From positions 1 through 49,083 of the forward strand of contig JACQNE010000004.1 of the NCBI GenBank assembly GCA_016203205.1: DNA of 49,083 nt, written 5' to 3'. The stretch's first letter is position 1. Every line of letters starts with the position of its first letter. This DNA is from Candidatus Woesearchaeota archaeon. Its GTDB lineage: Archaea; Nanobdellota; Nanobdellia; Woesearchaeales; GW2011-AR9. The notes beneath the pieces are model-generated. The model saw nothing but the letters and a program-made list of their open reading frames with translations. It did not search any database and was not told the origin of the DNA. The position numbers were made by a program, and so were the translations under genes. Shown in pieces: positions 9,372 to 18,233 of this stretch.

Positions 9372-10298
9372 ATGAAGAGATCAGCATTATCTTTGATGGT
9401 TATCTGTGCACTTGTTATCTCCGCTTTTTCTCTTCTTGCCCAAGAAGCGCCGCCTTCGCTGGAGAATCATCAATTTTATGGTGCAGTACATTGGGATAAG
9501 ACGGCAAAAGATCCAGTTACGGTCGTTGCTAAAGTCGGAACTAATTCTTTTTCAGCAGTGATCAAAAAAGAATCCTGTGGTGAAAAAACCTGTTCTGGTT
9601 CGTATGGAAAAGATGCAGATAATATTTTACGTGTTCAGGCAAGTGCCGGGGCAACGATCCAGTTTTATCTTGATACCGTTAAGTTACCGCTCACTTCTGT
9701 GTATAAAGCGGGCGAGGTTACGATATTAGATCTGAATGTCGCAACTTCTCCGGTGGAGAAGCCGGGATGTGTCGCTGATTGGAAATGCAGCGAATGGAGC
9801 GTCTGCAGTGCGGGGAAACAGGCGCGGAGTTGTACCGATGCCAACCAATGTGATCCTGACAAATTGAAGAAGTCGGAAACGCAGGGCTGCGGTGCCGGCA
9901 TGGTCCAGAAAACAGCGGCGGATGTCTTGGAATGTTCTTATCAATGGGATTGCACTGACTGGAGCGCTTGTGTCGGCGGGCAGCAGACACGAGCTTGTGA
10001 GCAAATCGATGACTGTGACAGTGAGTTTGCGGCAGGAACTGTTTCTTCTGTTGCGGGGTATTCTGAACCGGCAGAATTGCAGACCTGTGTTGTTGGTTTG
10101 GGGGGAAGTTTGCCGTTGAAAGCGGCGGGAGCAACTGCTGGTCTGCCAAAATCGACCCTGCCGTCGGTAAAAGAAGATGTTTCGGAACAAGCCGGCCTTT
10201 CGCTGTGGGTTTATGCGGGGATTGTCGTGATACTTTTGGGAATGATTGGCCTGTGGCTGGTGTTAAGGAAGAGATCGGCAGGTCCTCCACAATATTAA
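9372..10298 (+). CDS. secreted protein with duplicated W/C-rich (TSP1-like) module and C-terminal TM anchor (308 aa)
   Basis: Signal peptide MKRSALSLMVICALVISAFSLLAQE. Two copies of C-x3-W-x-C-x2-WS-x-C-x2-G-x-Q-x-R-x-C-x-D-x2-x-C-D. C-terminal anchor LSLWVYAGIVVILLGMIGLWLVLRKR. Confidence 0.8.
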   Translation: MKRSALSLMVICALVISAFSLLAQEAPPSLENHQFYGAVHWDKTAKDPVTVVAKVGTNSFSAVIKKESCGEKTCSGSYGKDADNILRVQASAGATIQFYLDTVKLPLTSVYKAGEVTILDLNVATSPVEKPGCVADWKCSEWSVCSAGKQARSCTDANQCDPDKLKKSETQGCGAGMVQKTAADVLECSYQWDCTDWSACVGGQQTRACEQIDDCDSEFAAGTVSSVAGYSEPAELQTCVVGLGGSLPLKAAGATAGLPKSTLPSVKEDVSEQAGLSLWVYAGIVVILLGMIGLWLVLRKRSAGPPQY

Positions 10299-10316
10299 CC
10301 GGAACAGACAGTAGAT

Positions 10317-10748
10317 TTATTTCAGTCCTGTGCTGCCAAATCCACTGCGGTCTTGGTTGCCCATTACCTCCACTTCTTCAAAATTAACTATATGATGATT
10401 CATGATTAGCATCTGGGCAATTCTTGTGCCGCGTTCGATTGTTACTTCTTTGTCGGTGTAATTTAATGCCGCGAAATGGTACTCGTCGTTATCTCCACAA
10501 AAATCACTATCCCCAATTCCGATGCCGTTGACGGAGGTAATTCCTAACTTATGGGTGGAACTTCTATTTGCCAATAAGACAAAAGTCCCCGGAGGAATGT
10601 TGAGACAGATGTTTAAGGGGATATAAGCGACTTCTTTCGCTTTGATGGCCAGCGTCACTCGGGCATAGACATCAAAAGCCGCTGCGCCTTTCGTCTTATA
10701 TTCCGGCAAGGGGAGAGACTTATCAATGCGTTTGATGCGGATGTGCAT
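10317..10748 (-). CDS. dut: dUTP diphosphatase (trimeric dUTPase)
   Basis: Five dUTPase motifs are visible: LPEYKTKGAAAFDV, NRSS, GIGIGDSDFCGD, GTRIAQM and RSGFGSTG. Confidence 0.85.
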   Translation of the reverse strand: MHIRIKRIDKSLPLPEYKTKGAAAFDVYARVTLAIKAKEVAYIPLNICLNIPPGTFVLLANRSSTHKLGITSVNGIGIGDSDFCGDNDEYHFAALNYTDKEVTIERGTRIAQMLIMNHHIVNFEEVEVMGNQDRSGFGSTGLK

Positions 10749-10803
10749 GCTTCTAAGAATGAAGAGGATATTATTTAATGATTATTGTTTTAGAATGATA
10801 ATG

Positions 10804-11418
10804 TTACTTCGTACTTTCAGTTTGCGATCTCGCCGTTAATTCCCGACTTTTAAAATAACTGAAACTGCCCTTTGCCGTTGCTCTGCGTAACAGATAATTG
10901 GGTAAAACATTAAGCGCTTTTTGTGACGATTCTCGCGGTGAATCACCTCTGATCGGAAGATCCTCCATCTGGGCCGCTAAATCAGTAATCCTCTGTTCAA
11001 GATCACCACTACAGCGCCGGATCAATGATTTCCTGCTTTCGGCCAATTGCATCTTTGCCAGCGGCACCAAGTATCGGCCTTCCCCGCGCACAGATACCAT
11101 TGCACTGATCGGATCGTAGCGAGAATCGAGAAAATCAGAGATCTCCAAAGGTGGATTTCCGTGATAATTCTCCCGAAATTTTTTTCCGTCTCCGTAAAAA
11201 AAAACTTGTTCTGGGTCAAACGTAAAAAAGTATTTATCTTGATTTTGTGTTAAGCAGCCGGGGATGGTAATTCCATTAATCATGCTGGTCACCCTTCCGC
11301 GCTGTCTTTCCCGGGCATAGAGTCTTACGATGGTATCTGGTCCATCATCCGTATCATCCGGGATGGACACCACTGTATAGACGATGCTGATGGCGCTTGT
11401 AAATTGATGGTTAAACAT
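10804..11418 (-). CDS. hypothetical protein (204 aa)
   Basis: Long intact ORF with coding-like composition and no recognisable motif. Confidence 0.5.
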   Translation of the reverse strand: MFNHQFTSAISIVYTVVSIPDDTDDGPDTIVRLYARERQRGRVTSMINGITIPGCLTQNQDKYFFTFDPEQVFFYGDGKKFRENYHGNPPLEISDFLDSRYDPISAMVSVRGEGRYLVPLAKMQLAESRKSLIRRCSGDLEQRITDLAAQMEDLPIRGDSPRESSQKALNVLPNYLLRRATAKGSFSYFKSRELTARSQTESTK

Positions 11419-11540
11419 ATGGCTTGTGTATGGATTGTCTTTAATCCTGCAAATTATTTGTTAAGATCTCTTTTGAGTGGCGTTATTTAAAAACTTTCAC
11501 TTCGAAAAGTCACAATCCCAAAAGTGAGTGATAACCCCTC

Positions 11541-12281
11541 TCACAACTTCCTTGCAAACGTCAGAAAGCCCGTATGCCCCAGCATCTCAAACTCCGGACG
11601 CATGATCCTGTCTTCGATCTTCCATTTGCGTTCAATTAATTCCAAAGTCTCCAGAACATAGATCTTTGTCTTCTTTGTCGCTTCAATGAATTCTTTTACT
11701 TGCAGCAGATTGGGGAGGTAGACAACAAGCCATCCCCCCGTTTTCAAGGCTTTTTCCCCGTGTTCCAGGGCCAGCCAGGGTTCGGGCAGGTCAAACGTGA
11801 CAAGATCGATATCTGTCTCTGAAATTCCCTTATAGACATTCTCTTGTTTGAGCGTGATGTTCGTGAATCCCATCATGTTGATATTTTTTTGCACAATATC
11901 ATAATGCTCGGGATTGATTTCATAGACAGAGATTTCTTTGCAGACGTTGGCCAGCGAGAGACAAAGAGAACCACTGCCGCCGCCGGCATCAACGACGCGT
12001 GACTCTTGATTCACCCCTGTTTTTGCTAGGATCAGGCCAATATCTTTCTGGATCATGACCTGCGGACCGCGCTGGAGTTGGTGATACAGATCGGAGAACG
12101 AGGGTTGTAAAACTGTAAAGAGTTCTCCCTTATCGCTCTTGATCTTTTCTTTGCTGCTCTGCAGATCGGCTTTGGAAAGAGTGCCAAAAGGGGTATGAAA
12201 GTTATCGGCGAGGTCTTTGACCAGGAACAGCTTCTTACTTTTGTGGTGCAGGAGGACTCTTTCTATCTTTCTCATCAACAC
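11541..12281 (-). CDS. trmI: tRNA (adenine-N1)-methyltransferase TrmI (Gcd14/Trm61 family)
   Basis: N-terminal beta-domain, SAM motif VVDAGGGSGSL, DLVTFDLPEPW and overall Gcd14-like layout. Confidence 0.8.
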   Translation of the reverse strand: MLMRKIERVLLHHKSKKLFLVKDLADNFHTPFGTLSKADLQSSKEKIKSDKGELFTVLQPSFSDLYHQLQRGPQVMIQKDIGLILAKTGVNQESRVVDAGGGSGSLCLSLANVCKEISVYEINPEHYDIVQKNINMMGFTNITLKQENVYKGISETDIDLVTFDLPEPWLALEHGEKALKTGGWLVVYLPNLLQVKEFIEATKKTKIYVLETLELIERKWKIEDRIMRPEFEMLGHTGFLTFARKL

Positions 12282-12328
12282 CTGATTTTAGGCAATATTT
12301 TTAAAATGTTCTCTCCAAATAGTAAATC

Positions 12329-12883
12329 ATGACATTCGAGAATGAAAAGAAGACCTATTTGGTAAAGATTGACAAGAGTAAAAAAGGGGAGATTGACCAG
12401 AAAATAAAGCCACTTTTGGCTGCCTTTAACGCTCTCCCAGAGTATTACACGACATCTTCCTGCTCTGGCCGGGTTTATCTCTGGCGTGGTTCCGGGAAGA
12501 AAAATGAGATTGAATGGCTCAAGATGAGCCATGATTTGATCGATCTTGATTTTTTAAAGATAAACACCCACAGCGGTTTAGTCTGGCTGCGTCTGGAAGG
12601 GGTGATCCTGCATCTTGCCTGCCGTGATCTCGCTGCTGCAAATCTGCTCTTGGAGAAAGTACGACATCTGTATAAGAAGAGCTGTCTCTTGAGCGCAAGC
12701 AATAAGATCATCGTTGAAATCCGTGGCAGTGAACTGATAGAGATGCCATTATACAATGGAGAGGAATTGTTGTTTTCAGGAGATAAAGATTGGTTAGTTG
12801 GATTGATCAATCAGAAGCTGGAAAAGATGTGGAATGGTATCGAGAAGCTAACCGGAGAACTTGCCAAAACTAACTGGAACTAA
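12329..12883 (+). CDS. taw3: tRNA wybutosine-synthesizing protein 3 homolog (Taw3/TYW3)
   Basis: Hallmark YTTSSCSGRV motif and the size of the archaeal Taw3 family. Confidence 0.8.
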   Translation: MTFENEKKTYLVKIDKSKKGEIDQKIKPLLAAFNALPEYYTTSSCSGRVYLWRGSGKKNEIEWLKMSHDLIDLDFLKINTHSGLVWLRLEGVILHLACRDLAAANLLLEKVRHLYKKSCLLSASNKIIVEIRGSELIEMPLYNGEELLFSGDKDWLVGLINQKLEKMWNGIEKLTGELAKTNWN

Positions 12884-12918
12884 TTAGGTATTGCTGTTAA
12901 TCTGCCACTAATCTGCCG

Positions 12919-13233
12919 CTAATCTTTTTCTCTTCTCGGTTCATAGATGATATCATCGATTGACGCGATAGTTCCAAAAAGATAATCGCCGGCTTTGAAC
13001 GGGTCTTGGCATTCTTCGACCCTCTGTTCATTTCTGAGAAAGTTGGCAGTTACCGTCAATCGTTCCGCTTGGGTAATCGCCAAGCCATATCTTTCTTCAA
13101 AAGCATCAGCGACGTCTCCTCTCATGATGAGCGTTGCTCTTTCCGGCCCGATAGAAAGATAGGCTTCGTAATGGGTATGCTTCTCAACAATATTCTTTCC
13201 CCAAAATTCAACGGTGTATTGTGTGGTAGTCAT
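12919..13233 (-). CDS. hypothetical protein (104 aa)
   Basis: Intact ORF directly downstream of 13244..13639 on the same strand. No motif recognised. Confidence 0.45.
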   Translation of the reverse strand: MTTTQYTVEFWGKNIVEKHTHYEAYLSIGPERATLIMRGDVADAFEERYGLAITQAERLTVTANFLRNEQRVEECQDPFKAGDYLFGTIASIDDIIYEPRREKD

Positions 13234-13243
13234 CTTTCACTTC

Positions 13244-13639
13244 TTACTCGGCAATGTCTTCCAGACCAATGATCCGATATCCTGTTGGGAGTTCAAATTC
13301 AGATCTCACCACTTCTTCTCTTTGATAATCTCTCAATCCAGATACACTCGTCTCACGGCCTTTTCGTATTCTCCTGTGGATGATCAACAGCGGTTCTATT
13401 CCATCATGGAATTGCACCATTGCTGAATGATATGGAACTTCTACCATTGATCTTTGATCCCCTCGTGTTCTTCCTTGTTGTTCGTCTCCAACATTTCCAA
13501 CCGGCTGACTTACAACCTGAAATCGGTCTGCCTGAAATCGGTCTGATCGTTCGGGGAAACCAGTTTTAGGGAAAAATCTGATTTCGTGTACCCTATACCT
13601 GTCGTTCCATTCTTGGGTTATCTGAGATGTCAATTCCAT
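13244..13639 (-). CDS. hypothetical protein (131 aa)
   Basis: Intact ORF. It contains an in-frame perfect 15-nt tandem duplication (DRFQA x2). Confidence 0.45.
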   Translation of the reverse strand: MELTSQITQEWNDRYRVHEIRFFPKTGFPERSDRFQADRFQVVSQPVGNVGDEQQGRTRGDQRSMVEVPYHSAMVQFHDGIEPLLIIHRRIRKGRETSVSGLRDYQREEVVRSEFELPTGYRIIGLEDIAE

Positions 13640-13703
13640 TTTCAGAGCAGATCAAAAACGTTGTTTAAAGAAGAAAAAAAAATAGAAAAAAAATAAACAG
13701 CGT

Positions 13704-16394
13704 TTATCTCTTCCTCCAGATCAAAGCCATGGCCAAGACCAAAGCGACAAAGATAAGTACAACCATCCCGCCAAGAAGCAGGGTGTAATTGCTGCTGTCG
13801 CGCAGGGAACTATTGACCTGCGGCTGGTTCAGGGCCAGCTTTGCATTCAACTGCTCTTGCAGCTGTTTGGCCAGCGCATCCTGCCCCGTCTCTCCACTGC
13901 CGCCGAGAACGGCTGCTCCCGTTACGCCGCAGTTCTGGATGTTCAGCGTCACGGTCGATGTCGTCTGCAAGACCCCGTCCCGCAGAACTTCAATCGTCAA
14001 AGGATAGCTTCCCGGTGCAGCTTTTTGAAGATCGATCGTAAATGTCGTCTTGTATTCGCTGTCGGAATCACTGAACTTGTCCAGCTTGATGTTTTTCTTG
14101 GACAGATCCAGCTTCAAAGCGCTGTTCTTGACGCGGATTTCAACATTATCCTCGTCATTGCTGCCGAGATTCTTGATCGCGACATCAAGTGTTTCATACT
14201 GCTGGCTGCAGAAAGCATTTCCGCTAAGCAGAGCCGCCTGCTTGACGATGATGTCGTGGCTTTTCACATCTACATCGACGATAACGGTTGCGGTTGTCTC
14301 ATGGACAGTATTATCATTGGCTTTTCCATGGACGGTAACCAAAAGCGTATATTGCTTTTTATCAACGTTTTCATCGCGGAGATCAAAGGTCACTTTGACT
14401 TTGTCGTCATCTCCGCCGCTGCTTAACTTGAACGTGTCTGATTCTTCTTCAAGGTCATCCCCGTCAACATTGAGGATCTGGACATTGACATAGACATCAT
14501 CCATCGTTTCGCTGTAATCATTCTTTACAACTACTTCCACCGTGTTTTCATCAACTAAAGAGAACTTTCCGGTCGTCTTGTCATTGATCTTGATCGTATC
14601 AATGGTCAGGAAACTCTTGGAATTGATGTACACGGGAATTGATTTTGCGCCTTTATCGCTGGAAACTTTGATCGTTCCAACCAGCTTCTTGCCGGAGTTG
14701 CTATTCTTGCTGGAATCAATCTGCAGCGTGACGGTCTTGCTCTCTTCTGGAGCAAGTTCTGCCGGAGCGTTCAACAATTTGGCATTTGCCGTGCTGGCAA
14801 AACCGCTGAGTTCAAAGACGATGCTCTTCACGCTTTCTGTCGTTCCCAGATTCTGGATGGGAAATGACGTACTCAGCGTGGTTGCTGTCTTGTTGTCGTC
14901 AAGGACGATCTCGCTCGGTACGGCTAATTCTGCCGTTTTCTGCTGCATGGCAACGTACGTGGAGAAGCCGGCTACGGAAAAAGTGAATCCGCTGGCGGGC
15001 TGCGGGCTTGCCGGTGTACAGCTGGTCTCTGGACAGAGCACAGCCTGATTAACGATCGTTGCGTCGGCGAAGCCGTCATATTTGTACAATTTGACGGGCG
15101 CTTTTCCGTCAACATTTTTCAAGAAAACTGTCGCTGGCTTGTTCAATCCCGGCGCTTTCACGCTATCCAAAGCGACGAAATTGCTGCCGATCTTGACAAC
15201 TTCGTCAAGATAAAGGGTATTGCTCAAATCAACGACCTGGCTGAACGTCAATGTTCCCGCGGCAGTGCTTAACACGAGATCTTTGACACTGGCTGGGTTG
15301 CTCAGCTGATCGATCTGGCTCTGGGTCCAGCCAAACGCAGCGAGATCCAGCGGCTTATCGGCAACGGTCACTTTCCACGTTTTTGCTTCCTGGTCAAGTG
15401 TTGCTTTGACGGTGAATGTTCCCGCTTTGCTGAACTTGTAATTGAAATTTTTACCCGTGCCTTTTTGTGTTCCATCGACGGTCCAGACGACGGAATTATC
15501 GTAATTCCCTTCGTTGGCCGTAACACCGAAAGAAACAGTTTTTCCATCAAGGATCTTAAAGTCAGTTTCAGTGGGTATGACCGTGCCGCTGAGGCAGGCT
15601 TGCTTGGTAAGAGTTACTGATTCAGTATTCGCCGTACTGCCGGGGATATTGTTGATGTAGTTAAATCCCGTTTCTACGCTCAGCGCGTGCTGTCCTTCTG
15701 TGGTGATCGTAACGGGCAAAGCGAGTGTTTTGCTTTCTCCCGGTTCAAGGGTAAGATCCACGCCCATTTTGGCAGAATTATACAATTCTACAGATCCATC
15801 CATTACTTTCATCACGACATCATCTTCGGCAACTTTGCCGGTATTGGTGATCGTCGCGGTCAATGTTGCGGATGTGAAACAGGTGAGCGTCTTTTTCTCT
15901 GCGGGAAGCGGCTCCAATTTCACAACGATTTCTGCTTTTTCTTTCTTTACGGTGAAATTGAATTCGGTTGCTGTACGGAGCGGCAAATCATCAAGAGTTT
16001 GCCCTTCGGTGGCCAGCAGGAGGGTATATTTCCCTTCGGGGAGATCGGCAGGAAGGGTGGTCGTGATTTTCTGAACCTGGCTTTCCTGTCCGGCGTCAAG
16101 ATGGAATTCTGTTTTTTCAGCAATCGAGAATTCGTATCCGTCTCCATCCCCATTTTCATCAAGGACAAAGTTCGTGATCTTGATCACTTTTTCATTCAGC
16201 GTATTTTTTACTTTGAATGAGACTTCTAATGTATCTAATGGTTTTAGGGTAACGTTCTCTGTCGTGGAGATATCCTTCCCGTTAAGCGAAACGCTGGTCT
16301 GCGTGAGTCCGTCGCCGTTGGCTAGGGCAATCGCTGCCGTTGCCAGGATCAGCAGAACAACGAGCACAACGCTCAGTATGGTTTGTTTTTTCAT
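13704..16394 (-). CDS. S-layer-like / CARDB-type multi-Ig-domain surface protein with C-terminal TM anchor (896 aa)
   Basis: Sec signal peptide MKKQTILSVVLVVLLILATAAIALANG. Repeated beta-sandwich modules with V.N.G...-type CARDB signatures. C-terminal anchor LLLGGMVVLIFVALVLAMALIWRKR. Confidence 0.8.
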   Translation of the reverse strand: MKKQTILSVVLVVLLILATAAIALANGDGLTQTSVSLNGKDISTTENVTLKPLDTLEVSFKVKNTLNEKVIKITNFVLDENGDGDGYEFSIAEKTEFHLDAGQESQVQKITTTLPADLPEGKYTLLLATEGQTLDDLPLRTATEFNFTVKKEKAEIVVKLEPLPAEKKTLTCFTSATLTATITNTGKVAEDDVVMKVMDGSVELYNSAKMGVDLTLEPGESKTLALPVTITTEGQHALSVETGFNYINNIPGSTANTESVTLTKQACLSGTVIPTETDFKILDGKTVSFGVTANEGNYDNSVVWTVDGTQKGTGKNFNYKFSKAGTFTVKATLDQEAKTWKVTVADKPLDLAAFGWTQSQIDQLSNPASVKDLVLSTAAGTLTFSQVVDLSNTLYLDEVVKIGSNFVALDSVKAPGLNKPATVFLKNVDGKAPVKLYKYDGFADATIVNQAVLCPETSCTPASPQPASGFTFSVAGFSTYVAMQQKTAELAVPSEIVLDDNKTATTLSTSFPIQNLGTTESVKSIVFELSGFASTANAKLLNAPAELAPEESKTVTLQIDSSKNSNSGKKLVGTIKVSSDKGAKSIPVYINSKSFLTIDTIKINDKTTGKFSLVDENTVEVVVKNDYSETMDDVYVNVQILNVDGDDLEEESDTFKLSSGGDDDKVKVTFDLRDENVDKKQYTLLVTVHGKANDNTVHETTATVIVDVDVKSHDIIVKQAALLSGNAFCSQQYETLDVAIKNLGSNDEDNVEIRVKNSALKLDLSKKNIKLDKFSDSDSEYKTTFTIDLQKAAPGSYPLTIEVLRDGVLQTTSTVTLNIQNCGVTGAAVLGGSGETGQDALAKQLQEQLNAKLALNQPQVNSSLRDSSNYTLLLGGMVVLIFVALVLAMALIWRKR

Positions 16395-18028
16395 GGTTCT
16401 TCCCTCGCTAGTTTGTTTTTATTGATTGATTTTTTGTCTGATTTTTGGTCTACTACTGCTTTTTCTGGTTTTTTTTGTTTCTCTTCGTTATTGAATTTTT
16501 CATTTTCTGTCTCTTCCTCTTTTGTGCGTTGTTCCACGCCGCGAAAAAGAAGGACAAGCATCCAGGTGATAAACGCAAGAATGATGACCATGCCGGTAAT
16601 CAGCAAGGCAGCAGCGATGTCATCGTTAGTATAAGGATCTTCCACGGTCTGGACAACAAGCGCTGTTTTTGCAGACGAAGTGGAAGCTTTATCTCCCACC
16701 TTATCTCCCCCTGCCGTTCCACCAGTCGCTAAACCTAATCCTTTTTCGGCCGCAGAAACTACAGTCTTGTCGAGAGTTTTTGCCGGCTCATTTTCTTCAG
16801 CTTTATTTTCTGCAGAAACTGGTTCGGGGAGAGTACATTTCTCTAATTTGAACGGGATAATCTGCCGATCACTGTCTTGATTTTTTCTGATCAGCAAAGT
16901 GACATCCAAGGGGTATGCGCCCGGCGGCAGATCCTTGGGGATGAGGAACGAAGTGGTAAAATCATAGCTATTGCCGCTTTTGCTGCTACGAGGAAGAGAA
17001 ATGTCCGGGATGTTTTCTTTTACTCCCAATTTTTGGTTGAAAATGATCAAGCCAACATTTTCCTGATCATTTGTCCCAAAATTCTTGATGATGAGGTGTA
17101 CACTCGCGCTCTGTTCGCACGCTGCTGTTGCCGGTGTTATTTCCGCCGTCGTTATCCGCACATCATCCCGAATTCTTTCTACGGAAAAAGTCAGTTCTTT
17201 CTTAACTTCGTGGAGAAGATTCTTTCCGTCTTCAGCACTCAACGTAATCTCAAAAACAAATTCGTCAGGATCAACTTCATCGTCGATCGTGAAGGTGATG
17301 ACCTTGCTGTCTTTCTTTTGGGCATCGAGGTCATCAAAAGTATAAATCTCATCAAACTCCCGGTCAACAAAAAGATCTAAATCATCTGGTTCAATCTCCA
17401 ATTCGAGATCAACTAATTCGGCATCATCCTGATCATAATCGCGGTCAAAGAGATTTTCGATGTCAAAGGTCATCTTCACTTCCGAACCAGGTTTAAGGCT
17501 ATTATCCAGCGTTAATTCTGCGTTTTTTTCGGTAGCAAATTGCTGGGTCTGGATTTTTCCGTTCTTATCTGTATATTCCACTTTTAGTTCAGAAAGGATG
17601 AGCATGGATTTGGTATTTTGCGTGAGCGTTTTGCTGGCTAATACTTGTTTCGTCAGCGCATCTTTGACGGTCAGCGTGCCGATCGGCGACTCGCCGGAAC
17701 CTTTCTTATGCGGCACTTTAACCGTAAATGAGATCGTTTTTGTTTCTCCTGCGGCAAGCGTCGCCGTCACTTCTCCAGCTTGATAATCGGTCGGAAGATT
17801 GCTCAATTCGATGCTGACCTGTGTGCTTTCAGTTCCATCATTAGCAAGATTTACCTTGCCGTTCACATCAATCTGCTTCTGTGATTCTTCCGTAAACTGG
17901 TTATAATCAACTTCGATGCTGACTTTTTCATCGGTGATCTGAACGGCTGCTGCCGCGCCGATTGTAGTGATTAGTATTAACAATAAAGTGATGGTCAGAT
18001 GCCTGAATACGGGGTTGAATGAAGCCAT
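16391..18028 (-). CDS. acidic CARDB-type surface protein with C-terminal TM anchor and Lys/Glu-rich tail (545 aa)
   Basis: Signal peptide, very acidic middle region, and a module (IIKNFGTNDQENV...PPGAYPLDVTLL) paralogous to the C-terminal module of the 896-aa protein. TM anchor is present. ATGA overlap with the downstream gene. Confidence 0.8.
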   Translation of the reverse strand: MASFNPVFRHLTITLLLILITTIGAAAAVQITDEKVSIEVDYNQFTEESQKQIDVNGKVNLANDGTESTQVSIELSNLPTDYQAGEVTATLAAGETKTISFTVKVPHKKGSGESPIGTLTVKDALTKQVLASKTLTQNTKSMLILSELKVEYTDKNGKIQTQQFATEKNAELTLDNSLKPGSEVKMTFDIENLFDRDYDQDDAELVDLELEIEPDDLDLFVDREFDEIYTFDDLDAQKKDSKVITFTIDDEVDPDEFVFEITLSAEDGKNLLHEVKKELTFSVERIRDDVRITTAEITPATAACEQSASVHLIIKNFGTNDQENVGLIIFNQKLGVKENIPDISLPRSSKSGNSYDFTTSFLIPKDLPPGAYPLDVTLLIRKNQDSDRQIIPFKLEKCTLPEPVSAENKAEENEPAKTLDKTVVSAAEKGLGLATGGTAGGDKVGDKASTSSAKTALVVQTVEDPYTNDDIAAALLITGMVIILAFITWMLVLLFRGVEQRTKEEETENEKFNNEEKQKKPEKAVVDQKSDKKSINKNKLAREEP

Positions 18029-18209
18029 AGTATTGTACCTATTCTGAAGTAGTATTCCGGTTTGGTCTATTTTGGAGTTTCTATTTAAATGTTGTGGTGT
18101 TTTGGGGGCTGGGGGCGGCAGGTTAATACTTCTTTGGAGTGATAAAAATAGGAAGATTAATAAACAAAATGGGGTTTTTCAAAAAATACACCAATAAAAT
18201 TACAACAAT

Positions 18210-18221
18210 AAAATATAAAAT
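18210..18221 (+). promoter_or_regulatory. TATA-like box (AAAATATAAAAT) upstream of 18234
   Basis: AT-rich box about 20 nt upstream of the ATG. It lies in the divergent intergenic region shared with the S-layer-like operon. Confidence 0.4.
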
Positions 18222-18233
18222 ATCTCTGCGGCA

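Noticed and set aside
9665-10290. Long antisense ORFs (190, 154 and 78 aa on the minus strand; 75 aa on the + strand) inside the 308-aa surface protein gene
   Set aside because: The sense frame has a signal peptide, a duplicated Cys/Trp module and a TM anchor. The antisense frames are Arg/Pro/Ser-rich shadows typical of GC-richer coding DNA.
13516-13545. Perfect 15-nt tandem duplication CCTGAAATCGGTCTG x2
   Set aside because: There are only two copies and they are in-frame within a hypothetical gene (DRFQA DRFQA). This is a slippage-type duplication, not a repeat array or CRISPR.
13789-17783. Many + strand ORFs (up to 189 aa) overlapping the two S-layer-like genes
   Set aside because: All lie antisense to long, well-structured minus-strand genes and translate to low-complexity Ser/Phe/Leu-rich sequences. 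They are shadow ORFs.
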